Source: Octopus vulgaris (taxonomy: Eukaryota). From it: a DNA stretch of 64,000 nucleotides. Positions 25,563-37,165 of the stretch are shown here, piece by piece (position 1 is the stretch's first letter; every line of letters starts with the position of its first letter). The notes beneath the pieces are model-generated. The model saw only the letters and a program-made list of their open reading frames with translations. It did no database searches and had not been told where the DNA came from. The stretch spans positions 140,430,001 through 140,494,000 of the forward strand of contig OX597814.1 in NCBI GenBank assembly GCA_951406725.2, read 5' to 3'. The position numbers were made by a program, and so were the translations under genes.

Positions 25563-26649
25563 TAATTCAAAACATGAATAAACAAGCATTACATTTAACA
25601 GAGAAATCTGAATGCTAAAGGTTTAAAGGATTTGAAATTTTGATTTTAGCCTTTACTCATCATGCATAAGATAGATTTTAAAGACACAAAATATCTTGTG
25701 GTTAACAAACACTGCTGGACTATTTATACAGTGGCATTCTTTTACTCTTTTACTTGCTTCAGTCATTTGACTGCAGCCATGCTGGAGCACTGCCTTAAAT
25801 GGTCTTAGTCAAAGACATTGACACCAGGACTTTGTAAGCCTAGTACTTATTCTATTGTTTCTTTTGCTTAACCACTTAGTTACGGGGACATAAACTCACC
25901 AGCATTGGTTGCGAAGAGATGGCGGGAGGAAGGGAGACAAACACAGACCCACGCACATAAACACACACACACACACACACACACTTTCTGGCTACTAAAT
26001 CCACTCACAAGACTTTGGCTGGCCCAAGGCTATAGTAGAAGACACTTGCCCAAAGTGCTACGCAGTGGGTGTGAACCTGGAACTATGTGGCTGGGAAGCA
26101 AGCTTCTTACCACTCAGCCATGCCAGCATCTAAATGGTACTGAACTATTTTTTATTTATGAACCTCTTTGATTCCTATTTTGCTGTACTGGACTCCCTAG
26201 CCAATTGATGTTTTAAAAAATCTCACCATATTTTTATAATTAACCGTTTAGCATTTAAACCAGCTGTATCCAGCCAATATATTCTGCCTGTTTCATGTTT
26301 AAACTGGCCAGATCCAACCTCTCATGTCTACCCTTACTATGTCAGTTGAAAAATAAACAAGTACCACATCAAAATCTCAAACCTTTGAGATAATGCATAA
26401 TTAATTCAAAACAATGTGAATAAATAAACAATTCTTTTGATAAAATAATGTGAATGCCAAAGGATTAAAAATATTTAGGAATTGTATTAAAAAATTATCA
26501 AAATATCTTGTGTATTGTATAAGTATAAGCAATTTATATACAAAATTTTATATCGACCCCTAAGGGTCATGTGGACCCAGGTTGAGAACTGAACTACAGG
26601 TTTATAAGAGCAACTTGTCAAGATAGAGTTGGTGGTGTCAGCTCACCAT

Positions 26650-26803
26650 GTGGGTGGAGATAAAGAATAGGTGCACCACCCATTTTCAGTGTAACAAAAG
26701 CCTTAACCCTAACCCTAATCCTAACCCTAACCCTAACCCTAACCTTAACCCTAACCCTAACCCTAAACACTGGGTGTGCGTATTCTTTGCCTTTGCCCAC
26801 CAT
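26650..26803. repeat. Interstitial telomeric array (CCCTAA)~11 flanked by imperfect inverted repeats
   Basis: Array 26701-26766. Left flank gggtggagataaagaataggtgcacc; right flank gggtgtgcgtattctttgcctttgcccacca. Confidence 0.85.
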
Positions 26804-26825
26804 TTGAATGGTTGATGATTTTTAT

Positions 26826-27225
26826 ATTCTCTTTTACTCTTTTACTTGTTTCAGTCATTTGACTGTGGCCATACTGGAGCACTGCCTTTAGTTGAGAAAA
26901 TCGACCCCGGAACTTATTCTTTGTTAGCCTATTACTTTTTCTATCAGTCTTTTTTGCCAAACTGCTAACTTACGGGGACGTAAACACACCAGCATCGGTT
27001 GTCAAGCAATGTTGGGGGTACAAACATATACACACACGTACATATATATATATACTTATATACAACGGGCTTCTTTCCGTTTCTGTCTACCAAATCCACT
27101 TACAAGGCTTTGGTCGGCCCGAGGCTATAGTTTACGACACTTGCCCAAGGTGTCATGCAGTGGGACTGAACCCGGAACTATGTGGTTGGTAAGCAAACTA
27201 CTTACCACACAGTCACTCCTACGCC
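26826..27225 (-). mobile_element. Major octopus SINE copy
   Basis: Reverse copy. Further copies at 24372-24757(+), 25736-26125(-), 41973-42382(-), 43991-44399(-), 63318-63686(-), 63740-64000(+). Confidence 0.88.
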
Positions 27226-27567
27226 TATTCCATCAGTTTCTTTAAATACCAATAACAAAATGAATCAACCTACTTTTTGATAATCAATCATTGAGATATG
27301 TTAATATCAACACCATCATTGTCATTACCACTTTTGCCACCACCATCATCATTTTGATACTGTCCGCTTCTCCATGCTAGCATGGATCAGACAGCACTCA
27401 CTGAGGCAGATTCTCTATGGCTTAGTACCCTTCCTGTTGCCAACCCTTGCCTCACTTGAAGTATGGTAATTTTTTTCTCATGGCCAGACATGATTTTACA
27501 GAATATTGAAAACAAATGAGCACTTGTATAACAGTAACATTTGTTTTTATGATATCAAAACAAGGAG

Positions 27568-28080
27568 ACACAAACACACATACACACCAGTCACACACCA
27601 CTCATGCACACATACACTGTTCATGCACACACATCACTCACACACACACACTGCCCGTGCACACACACACCACCCACACACCCCCACACACCCACACACC
27701 ACCCACACACACACCACACACACACACCACACACCCACACTCCACACACACCACTCACGCACATATACACCACCCACACACACACACACACACACCACTC
27801 ACGCACATATACACCACTCTCACGCACACACACACACACCACTCACACACACATACACTCACACAACTCATGCACACATACACGCCACTCACACACACCA
27901 CTCATGCACACACACACCACTCACACACACACACACCACTCACCCACACACACACACCACTCACACACATGCACACACACACACACTACTTACACACATG
28001 CACATCACTCACGCACATACATACCACTCATACATACACACACCACTCACACAACCACACCACTCACATACACACACATG
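27568..28080. repeat. Degenerate (CA)n / CACACCACT minisatellite
   Basis: Direct reading; source of the H/T-rich ORFs in three frames. Confidence 0.95.
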
Positions 28081-28370
28081 CATATATGGCAGACTTCTTT
28101 CATTTTCTGTTTCCCAAATTCACTCATAAGATCGCTGGGACTGAACCCAAAACCTAGTGGTAATTCTTTTAAGCTTTTAGTTGAACAGATAAGTTTCGTA
28201 TTCTATCTTTTGCCAAACTGCTAAGTTACAGGGGCACAAACAAACCAACACCAGTTATCAAATGGTAATGGGGCAACAAACACAGATACTTACGTATATA
28301 TATATATATATAGTCTGTAAAAAACATAAATCCGAAAGAAGAAGCACACTCTAAGATGTAGAGCAGTACA

Positions 28371-28644
28371 TATTAAAAACAGAGAAGACTGGTTTGTGGG
28401 ATTACCTTAGGTTTCCAGTCCATTAAGGATTTAGCTTTACAGTGTATTGTCAGATCCCTGGGAAATGTCTCACTACTCAAAGGTAAATTGTTACCTTTGA
28501 ATAGTTAGCCATTTCCCCCTCCATATTTTAAAGAGGTCATGGGCCAACAGGTTTTTGGGATCTGACAATACGCTATAATGTTAAACCCTTTATGGACAGG
28601 AAGCCTAAGGTAGTCCCATAAACCTGCCTTCTCCATTTTTAATA
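28371..28644. repeat. Diverged nested palindrome (88-bp outer arms, inner hairpin 28461-28516)
   Basis: tattaaaaacagagaag...tattgtcagatccc / gggatctgacaata...cttctccatttttaata. Inner hairpin ggaaatg..tcaaaggtaa/ttacctttga..catttcc. Confidence 0.85.
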
Positions 28645-28930
28645 TATACACACACACACACAAAAGGCTTCCTTCAGTTTCCATTTACCAAATCCTCTCA
28701 CAAGGCTTTGGTTGGCTCAAGACTATAGTAGAAGACACTTGCCCAAGGTGTCATGCTGTGGGACTGAACCCAAAATCATGTGGTTGTGAAGCAAGCTTCT
28801 TAACCACACAGCCATGTCTACATCTAGCATATCAAAATGAAAAATTACTGAGATAATTAATCAATCCAGTTGTAAGCAGATGATAGCTGTTTAACCCCAG
28901 GTCAGTTCTGATCCAGTGAATCTTGTGAGT

Positions 28931-29003
28931 GAATTTGGTAGATAGAAACTTTGAGGGAATTTGGTAGATAGAAACTTTGAGGGAATTTTGTAGATAGAAA
29001 CTG
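28931..29003. repeat. 26-bp tandem repeat x3 (gaatttggtagatagaaactttgagg)
   Basis: Amplified fragment of the major SINE, directly 5' of a Nin-type SINE insertion (agaaactg repeated at 28996/29421). Confidence 0.85.
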
Positions 29004-29004
29004 C

Positions 29005-29420
29005 AAGGCAGTGAGCTGGCAGAAATGTAGCACGCTGGGCGAAATGCTTAGCGGTATATCGTCTGCCCCTACATTCTGAGATCAAATTCCGCCGAGGTCA
29101 ACTTTGCCTTTCATCCTTTCGGGGTCGATTAAATAAGTACCAGTTACACACAGGGGTCGATATAATCGACTTAATCTGTTTGTCTATCCTTGTTTGTTCT
29201 CTCTGTGTTTAGCCCCTTGTGGGTGGTAAAGAAATAGGTATTTCGTCTACTGTTACGTTCTGAGTTCAAATTCCCCCAAGGTCGACTTTGCCTTTCATCC
29301 TTTCAGGGTTGATAAATTAAGTACCAGTTACCCACTGGGGTCGATATAATCGACTTAATCCCTTTGTCTGTCCTTGTTTGTCCACTCTGTGTTTAGTCCC
29401 TTGTGGGCAATAAAGAAATA
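29005..29420 (+). mobile_element. Nin-domain SINE with tandem duplication of its ~185-bp body
   Basis: aggcagtgagctggcagaa head, then two copies of ttctgag.tcaaattc...actttgcctttcatccttt..ggg.tga..aa.taagtaccagtta...aaagaaata. Confidence 0.88.
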
Positions 29421-29451
29421 AGAAACTGTGAGGGAGATGTGGAAGCTTATC

Positions 29452-29487
<36 letters not shown>

Positions 29488-30152
29488 GTGCTCATACCAC
29501 TGCTTTATGTGGTTCTTTATCTTATGACTTCATAGCTTTGTGGTTTGACAAAATAGATTCATAGAATAGGTATCGGACATTAATAATATGTATTGGAGTG
29601 GGATGGGGGTCACTTTGTTTGATTAAAACCCTTCAAGGTAGTGCCCCAGCATGGCTGCAATCCAATAACTGACACGAGTAAAAGATAAAAAAGGAGGCAG
29701 AGAGTCAGATTAAAATATTTTACTTTGACTTTTATCTTTTCTAACTTCAAATGTTATTACAGATGACTAGCGTTCTTCATCTCTTCAGATTTGGTGAAAT
29801 GTCATTGTGTTATGAATTGGTAAACTGACATTTAGCATGAAGGACAATCTCTTAAGATGACCACTAGCCTCTATATCAGTGTGTTTTAAATAGTGTGTCA
29901 TGAAATAGGGCCCAAAGACAGAATATTTTACTCCTGATTTTTCATATTTGTTAATTATTTGTTAATAGGTGCAGGAGTGGCTGTATGGTAAAAAGCTTGC
30001 TTCTCAACCACATGGCTTCAGGTTCAGTCACAATGTATGGCACCTTGGGCAAGAGTCTTCTACTACAGCCTTGGGCCGACCAAAACCTTGTGAGTGAATT
30101 TGGTAGACGGAAACTGAAAGAAACTTGTCACATATATATATATATATGGTCC

Positions 30153-30188
30153 CTTTCTGTAGAAGAGCGTAGGCTCGAAACGTAAAAG
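30153..30188 (+). ncRNA. Hammerhead-like motif with variant core in a Penelope-like fragment (~30148-30280)
   Basis: CTTT-CTGTAGA-A-GAGC-gtag-GCTC-GAAA-C-GTA-AAAG. All stems pair; the core has U at position 6. Flanked on both sides by (TA)n. Confidence 0.65.
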
Positions 30189-30274
30189 ACTTTTTCTATT
30201 CCTGAGTGTTATACAAATATATCTTTGTTTTGTACACCACCTGTCTTCGTCTTTTGCTTTTTACGTAAACTCTT

Positions 30275-30317
<43 letters not shown>

Positions 30318-30319
<2 letters not shown>

Positions 30320-30740
30320 TCTTTTACTCTTTACTCTTTTACTTGTTTCAGTCATTTGACTGCGGCTATGCTGGAGCAGCGCCTTTAGTCGAGCAAATCG
30401 ACCCCGGGACTTATTCTTTGTAAGCCCAGTACTTATTCTATCAGTCTCTTTTGCCGAACCGCTAAGTGACGGGGACATAAACACACACCAGCATCGGTTG
30501 TCAAGCAATGCTAGGGGGACAAACACAGACACACAAACACACACACACATACATATATACATATATATACATATATACGACAGGCTTCTTTCAGTTTCCG
30601 TCTACCAAATCCACTCACAAGGCATTGGTCGGCCCGGGGCTATAGCAGAAGACATTTGCCTAAGATGCCACGCAGTGGGATTGAACCCAGAATCATGTGG
30701 TTGGTTAGCAAGCTACTTACCACACAGCCACTCCTGCGCC
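30318..30740 (-). mobile_element. Major octopus SINE, near-consensus copy
   Basis: Full head (ggcgcaggagtggctgtgtgg), internal microsatellite and (GAGTAAAA)n tail; CpGs retained. Confidence 0.92.
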
Positions 30741-30756
30741 TATTCATATATATATA

Positions 30757-31050
30757 TATATAAAAAAAGGAAATGAAGAAAATGCTGACAAAATAATTTA
30801 AGTAAGGGAGAGTGAATTTAATTAGGTGAAAGTTCTTTTTACCGGTTGCGTATTTGTTATGCTTATCAAAAGATATTTTTTTAAGTGAGATAGAGTTCCT
30901 TTCTGATAGGAACTCTATCTCACTTAAAAAATATCTTTTGATAAGCATAACAAATACGCAACCGGTAAAAAGAACTTTCACCTAATTAAATTCACTCTCC
31001 CTTACTTAAATTATTTTGTCAGCATTTTCTTCATTTCCTTTTTTATATAT
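30757..31050. repeat. Near-perfect palindrome, ~140 bp arms, 7-nt loop (ttctgat 30901-30907)
   Basis: The arms appear to differ only in homopolymer lengths. (TA)n on the left and again at ~31083. Confidence 0.96.
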
Positions 31051-31078
31051 CACAACTCATGTTCCACATCTCCTTTTT

Positions 31079-31128
<50 letters not shown>

Positions 31129-31890
31129 TATACATCCCTGTCACTTAGTGGTTCGGCAAAAAGAGACCGACAGAATAAGTACTAGGCTTACAAAGAATAA
31201 ATCCTGGGGTCAATTGGTTCGACTAAAGGCAGTGCTCCAGCATGGCCATAGTCAAATGACTGAAATGAGTAAAAAGCATAAAAAGAACAACCGAAAATGT
31301 TTGGTCTACAGCATGAGTTTGAACACATTATATAAAGATTTAATACTATTTAAGAAAAAGCAGTATATTCATTGTGTGTTATGTTACAATAAAATGAAAA
31401 TGTGTCACCTTTCTTTAAAAGGTTGGAAAACATTGATCTATAATCCATAAAGCAATCTGTTACAAGGTTTTCTAGCTGTAAGAAGAAGTAACAGCAACTG
31501 TTCTTATTGTTTGTATGTGTCTCAAGGTGTATGATCACCCGCAGTGTTTAGAATAATGTTGAACTCAGTAAATAAAACTAATTATAAATGCTTGTGTGAA
31601 CCATGTTAATATTCAGAACAACAAGTTGAGAAATCTTCTACATGGTTGATCAACATGCTAAAAATAGCAGTCAAATCTCCTTCAACTGTCGCTTTACTGT
31701 CTTAGACTTGGTACAGATGTTAGCTAATGTAGCTCTAGAAACTTCTAAAATTAGAAGATGGTTGCAGTTGAAGTGCCTTTGATGATAAGGTCTGCTACAT
31801 CGGGGGTGATAAAGGGATAAATAACAACTGTTTGATTGTCTATAAATAAAAGAAAGGCAGTTTCTATCTCTGAGTCATTGTTAAACCAGT

Positions 31891-32097
31891 TACACACACA
31901 CACACACATACACACACACACACACGCACACGCACACAAACACACACACACAAACACACACACACAAACACAAACACACACATGCATACGCACACACACA
32001 CACAAACACAAACACACACATGCATACACACACACACACAAACACACACACATACACACACACAAACACACACAAACATATACACAAACACACACAT

Positions 32098-32134
<37 letters not shown>

Positions 32135-32185
32135 TGCATGCACACGCACAAACAGATACGCAAACATACGCACACACACACATGC

Positions 32186-32224
<39 letters not shown>

Positions 32225-32321
32225 TACACACACACAAACACACACAAACACACTCAAACATATACACAAACACACACATGCACACACACACACAAACACA
32301 TGCATGCACACACACAAACAG

Positions 32322-32362
<41 letters not shown>

Positions 32363-32373
32363 TACACACACAT
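31891..32373. repeat. Long degenerate (CA)n microsatellite
   Basis: Direct reading; source of the poly-CV and poly-HT ORFs. Confidence 0.96.
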
Positions 32374-33005
32374 GCTTCATTTCTACCAATTCCAAGGATT
32401 TTACCTGTAACATTATTGATCTATTTACCAAACTATGCTTCATCAATATTCAGCCATGTATCTCCTCTACCTTGTTCCTTTATCATATTTAAACCTTTCA
32501 GCACCTGGCATTAAGCTATCCACTTCCACCTCTCCCACTCAAATACTCCATTCTTGGTAGTGGGATATTTTTCTTCTTGTTCTTTTTCTGTCTTGCAAGT
32601 TTATAGAGCATCCTCACTGGTATCAGTAGCACAAAGAAAACTTAGTGCACTCTGTAAATGGTTGACATTAAGAAGAGCATTCAGCCATAGAAACCATGCA
32701 AAATCTGACATTGGAACTCAATGTGGCCTTGCAGCTTGCTAGATCCTGTCAAACCCATACCCCTAAGGAAAATGGATATTAAATTATGATGATGGTGGTG
32801 GTGGTGGTGGTGGTGTTGGTGTTGGCGGCGGCAGCGGTGGTGGTGGAGGTGGTAATGGTCATGGTGGTAATGGTGATGATGATGATGATGATGATGATAT
32901 GGACTTCCTTTGTACCTTATCCTGGAATGTACCTATCTACATCTGAACTATTACAAACTTTTCATATTCTGGACTCTTCCTGATTCCCTGATATATATCT
33001 TCATC

Positions 33006-33037
<32 letters not shown>

Positions 33038-33393
33038 TGTTTAACATCTGCTTTCCATGCTAGTATGGGTTGGACAGTTTGACTGAGGACTGGCACGCCA
33101 GTAGGCTGCACCAGGCTCTAATCTGATCTGACAAGGTTTCTACAGCTAGATGCCTTTCCTAATGCCAACCACTCCAAGAATGTAGTAGGAGCTTTTTACG
33201 TGCCACCAGCACAGGAGCCAGTCAGGGGGCACTGGTATCGACCATGTTCAGATGGTGCTTTTTACGTGTCACCAGCATGGGAGCCAGTCAGGTGGCACTG
33301 GCATCAACCATGTTCAGATGGAGCCTTTTATATGCCACCGGCAAGTATAAATATGTTATAAATTGGATGCCTGTTGTTCATGATTTTATTCTA

Positions 33394-33461
<68 letters not shown>

Positions 33462-33930
33462 TAATATTTGCACTTCAACCAGTTAGAAACAGCCAAACAT
33501 CCACCAAACATGCTCCACTGTCTTAAAAGTTTAAGGAGGAAGGAGGATACATTAAGCAATACAGTCCCAGAGTTGGAATGGTCATGGTTGAAATACTGTT
33601 GATCAAAAGTCTGTTGAATCAGGGCTAACCTGGAACTGAACAGCAGCAACAGACCAATGATAAAACAAATGACAAATTCTAAAAGTACATATGATTAAGA
33701 AGCATACTTAGAGATAAAGTGCAAATAGCATGAATAACATTTAGGTTGTCAAGTATGAAATTTGTTGTAAGGTATAGAGTAAACTTTGACAGCTGCTCAT
33801 TTTGCGCCATTATTATATTTTGACAATCTTTATTTTTTGTTAGAAAGCTGACACATCTATTTCTTTATTCTAACACATTTTGCACTTTATAAAGTATTTA
33901 TAAATCATTTTTTGCTATTTTTGTTTAGAA

Positions 33931-34132
33931 ATGGATAAGTCAGAAATTCATACAGTTTTGTAATATGAGTTCTTTTTTGGAAATACAGTATCACAGACAG
34001 CATGGAATATTAATGGAGTATTTCATTCTAATGTTATTACACAGCAGACAGTATCAAACTGGTTTGCAAAATTTCGTTCTGGTAACTTTGGCCTCACAAA
34101 TAAGCAACACAGTTGACTAGAAAAAAAGGTGG

Positions 34133-34179
<47 letters not shown>

Positions 34180-35391
34180 TGTGTACAGTGCTCAGGTGCA
34201 CTACAACTCATCTAAAGTGTATATATATAATCAGGTGTAGTTTCGGCGGATTTCGGAAAGCATGAGGGCCTTAAAGGATGTAGTGTCATGGCAGTCAACA
34301 ACTGACGCAGGCAGTTTATTCCATGCTTCAGCAACTCTGAGCGTGAAAAAATGTTTCCGAAAGTCATGGGAGCTGTGTTGTTTTCTGACTTTGTAGGCAT
34401 GTCCACGTGTGTTAGACACATGGAGATCAAAAAGGTGTTCAGTGTTGTTGTTGGTGAGGTGGTTGATAACCTTGTGGGTGTTTACCAAGTCTGTCGCCAG
34501 ATGCCGGAGCTTCAGTGAGTCCATGCCCAGGGAAACAAGGCGCTCAGAATATGGTAGGTGTCTGATGGAGGGTATGCGTTTGGTTGATGAACTGAAAACC
34601 ACCGTTGTGTAAGATCCATCTCAAAGTGCCCGAGAATTATCATTGCTGCTTGGTGTTAGCAAGCAAACAATATTGGCTCACCTAGTTCAAATCAGTAAAG
34701 TGAAAAAGGTGGATAAGTGGGTTCCACATGAACTCAGTGAAAATCAGAAACAGTAATGCTTAGAAGCTTGCATTATGCTAATTTCTCGAAACAAAAATGA
34801 ATCATCTTTGAATTGAACTGTAACATGTGATGAGAAATGGATCCAATACAACAACTGTAAACATTCAGCGCAATGGCTGGACAAAGACAAGTCACCAAAA
34901 CACAGTCCAAAAAGCAAAATTCATCAAAAGAAGCTGATGGTGTGTGTTTGGTCTGGCGCAGATGTGATCCATTATGATTTCATAAAATTGGCTCATCAAT
35001 CACAGCCTAAGTATACTGCAGCCAACTGAACCAAATGATGCAGAAACCTACAAAAAAAACAGCTTAGATTAGTCAACAGATCCACTTGTATTTTATTGCA
35101 AGACAATGCCAGACACCACATCACAAAAATGACATTGGCAAAACTACAGGACTAGGAGTTGGATGTTCTCCATCACCCACCATACTCACCTGATCTTGTC
35201 CCCACTGATTCTTTCAGAATTTGGAAAACCTTTTGATAGGAAAAAAATTTAATTTTGACAATGCTGTAAAACAGGCCTTCCAAAATTTTATTGATTCTAG
35301 ATTGCCAGGCTTTTACAGTTCTGGGCTGGAGAAGCTACCACTGAAATGGCGAAAGTGTATTAACAATATGAGTGCATACTTGGATGAATAA
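33931..35391 (+). pseudogene. Mariner transposase pseudogene
   Basis: MDKSEI...QTVSNWFAKFRSGNF...KVDN[LINE]DELK...KWVPHELSENQK...VTCDEKWI...KKLMVCVW...LQDNARHH...HHPPYSPDLVPTD. The WVPHEL and YSPDL motifs are diagnostic. Several stops and frameshifts. Confidence 0.93.
34133..34584 (-). mobile_element. 5'-truncated CR1-type LINE 3' end with (TTA)n tail
   Basis: ORF TKRIPSIRHLPYSERLVSLGMDSLKLR...DL...K....NTRGHAYKV......RKHFFTLRVAEAWNKLP matches the C-terminus of CR1/L2-group ORF2. The (AAT)n at 34133-34179 is its tail. Confidence 0.9.
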
Positions 35392-35959
35392 AATTATTCC
35401 TTGTATTTATAAAACATTAGCAAACTTCTTTTTCTTTTCTACAAATTTCATACTTGAAGACCTAATATAAGAATTTAGGATGATAGGACTGGCAGAAAGG
35501 AAGCATTTTCTTTCTGACCTGTTACAAAAAATTCAAATACTGACAAATTTGACCTCTTTTTATCATTCAAGAAGTTGATGAAAATAACTACTGGATGGGG
35601 TGAGGTGTTAACTTCAATCAGTTTTATCCGTCTCTGACAAAAATTGCCCTTGCATCTAGTTCAAATGAATAAAGAGAGATTTCTTTCATTTTTTTCTTCT
35701 GTTTTTTTTTTTTTGTTTGTGTGTGTGTGTGTATCAGTGGATAAAATATAAGCAACAAAAGATAGACAAGCATGGTTGGCTTGAGTGGAGGGTTGCACAA
35801 GGTCAGCCATCTCCAAGAAACAGAGGTTACTATAGAAGTGAAAGTAGAATGATTTCTATTTTTGAAGAATTTTCGATGCTATGACATAGATTAATACATC
35901 AGTTGCCAAACTTATTCTGATACAGAGCTCATTAAACCATTTTCCAAACTTATACCATT

Positions 35960-36292
35960 TTAAGATACTACACAAGGATGCTATGTATGGCCCTAAATGT
36001 GAAATGGCAGCAACATATGACAAATGAATGCCTTTATGGAGACCTGCTGAAAGTTAGTGAGAAGATCAGGCAAAGACAGCTGCAACTATCTGGTCACTGC
36101 ATGCACCAACCTGATTTGAAAGCATCCAAATTAGTCTTGTGGAACCCACTTCATGGTGATGTAGGAAGAGGAAACGTTGTCATACTTACATTAACAACTT
36201 GATTGCAGACACTGGCCTAAAATGTATCCAGGGTCTAGAGGCAGTGATGATGGACTGAGAAGTATGGCAGGTAGACTTTGTTGCTGCAGCAC
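35960..36292 (+). mobile_element. RTE-clade LINE ORF2 C-terminal fragment
   Basis: YTRMLCMALNVKWQQHMTNECLYGDLLKVSEKIRQRQLQLSGHC...SKLVLWNPLHG..GRG fits the RTE pattern W...TN..LY...I..R.L...GH. Confidence 0.85.
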
Positions 36293-36402
36293 GGGTGACA
36301 GTCCCCTCCACTCTGATTTAAATAAAATCTTAAATGAAACAAAAATTGCTCGAGAGAGGGAGAGAGAGAAAGAGAGAGAGAGGGGGGAGAGAGAGAGAGA
36401 GG

Positions 36403-36457
<55 letters not shown>

Positions 36458-36648
36458 TTTGTTAGGTTTTAATCAGAAAGGCAAGCAGTTCCCATTGTTC
36501 TTTATAGGGCCCTCAAGATGAGTGCAAGGGAAGACCATATCCTCAAACTGGAGAGCTGAACCAAATTCTTGCAACTGAGTGGACTCCACTAAAGGCAACC
36601 AAAATATTAAGAGATGATTCCAACACATTAACAAGCATATGTACCACC

Positions 36649-36949
36649 TGTGGAGGCACATGGCCTAGTGGTTAGAGCAGCCGACTTGCGGTCGAGGGAT
36701 CACGGGTTTGAATCTCAGACCGGGCGATATGTGTGTTTATGAGTGAAACACCTAAGCTACACGCGACTCCGGCAGAAGGTAATGGCAAACTTCTGCTGAC
36801 TCTTTTGCCAAAACTTTCTCTCACTCTTTCCTCCTGCATCTTGCAGCTCACCTGCAACAGACCGGCGTCCTGTCCAGGTGGAGAACCTATACGCCAAGGA
36901 AACCAGGAAACTGGTCCTTATGAGCCAGGCATGGCTCGAGAAGGAACAA
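36649..36949 (+). mobile_element. tRNA-derived SINE (head A variant, tail Y) with 12-bp TSD
   Basis: A box TGGCCTAGTGG, B box GGTTTGAATCT; TSD atatgtaccacc at 36637 and 36950. Confidence 0.9.
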
Positions 36950-37057
36950 ATATGTACCACCAATGGTTCATCGCAAACTTCACACAGTTGCCATATGCAC
37001 CACCACTGGTACATTTTCATATTTTGAGAAAATATCCTACATAGTTTTGAAGATATT

Positions 37058-37165
37058 TAAATAACATAAGTACTAAATACTACATATTAAATAACATGAA
37101 TGCTGAATATTACATATTAAATAACAGGAGTGCTAAATATTAAATAACATGAGGGCTGAATATTA
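37058..37165. repeat. ~30-bp AT-rich minisatellite
   Basis: taaataacat.a.t.ct.aata.tacatat repeated about 4 times, with deletions. Confidence 0.8.

Larger units (their letters stand above)
33741..35465 (+). mobile_element. Full-length decayed mariner (Tc1/mariner, DD34D) element
   Basis: TIRs ttaggttgtcaagtatgaaatttgt (33741) / acaaatttcatacttgaagacctaa|ta (35441-35465). About 1.27 kb once the LINE insert is removed. Confidence 0.92.

Noticed and set aside
26701-26766. Chromosome end or telomere fusion site
   Set aside because: Short, single-orientation array embedded in ordinary repeats; no head-to-head arrays.
27506-28224. ~210 aa His/Thr-rich ORFs resembling histidine-rich proteins
   Set aside because: (CA)-rich repeat lacking stops in all three frames.
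28931-29003. CRISPR-like direct repeats (also 37058-37165 and 48989-49066)
   Set aside because: Head-to-tail tandem repeats without spacers, eukaryotic context, no cas genes.
31751-32514. Cys/Val-rich 231 aa ORF and His/Thr ORFs
   Set aside because: Translation of a (CA)n/(TG)n microsatellite.
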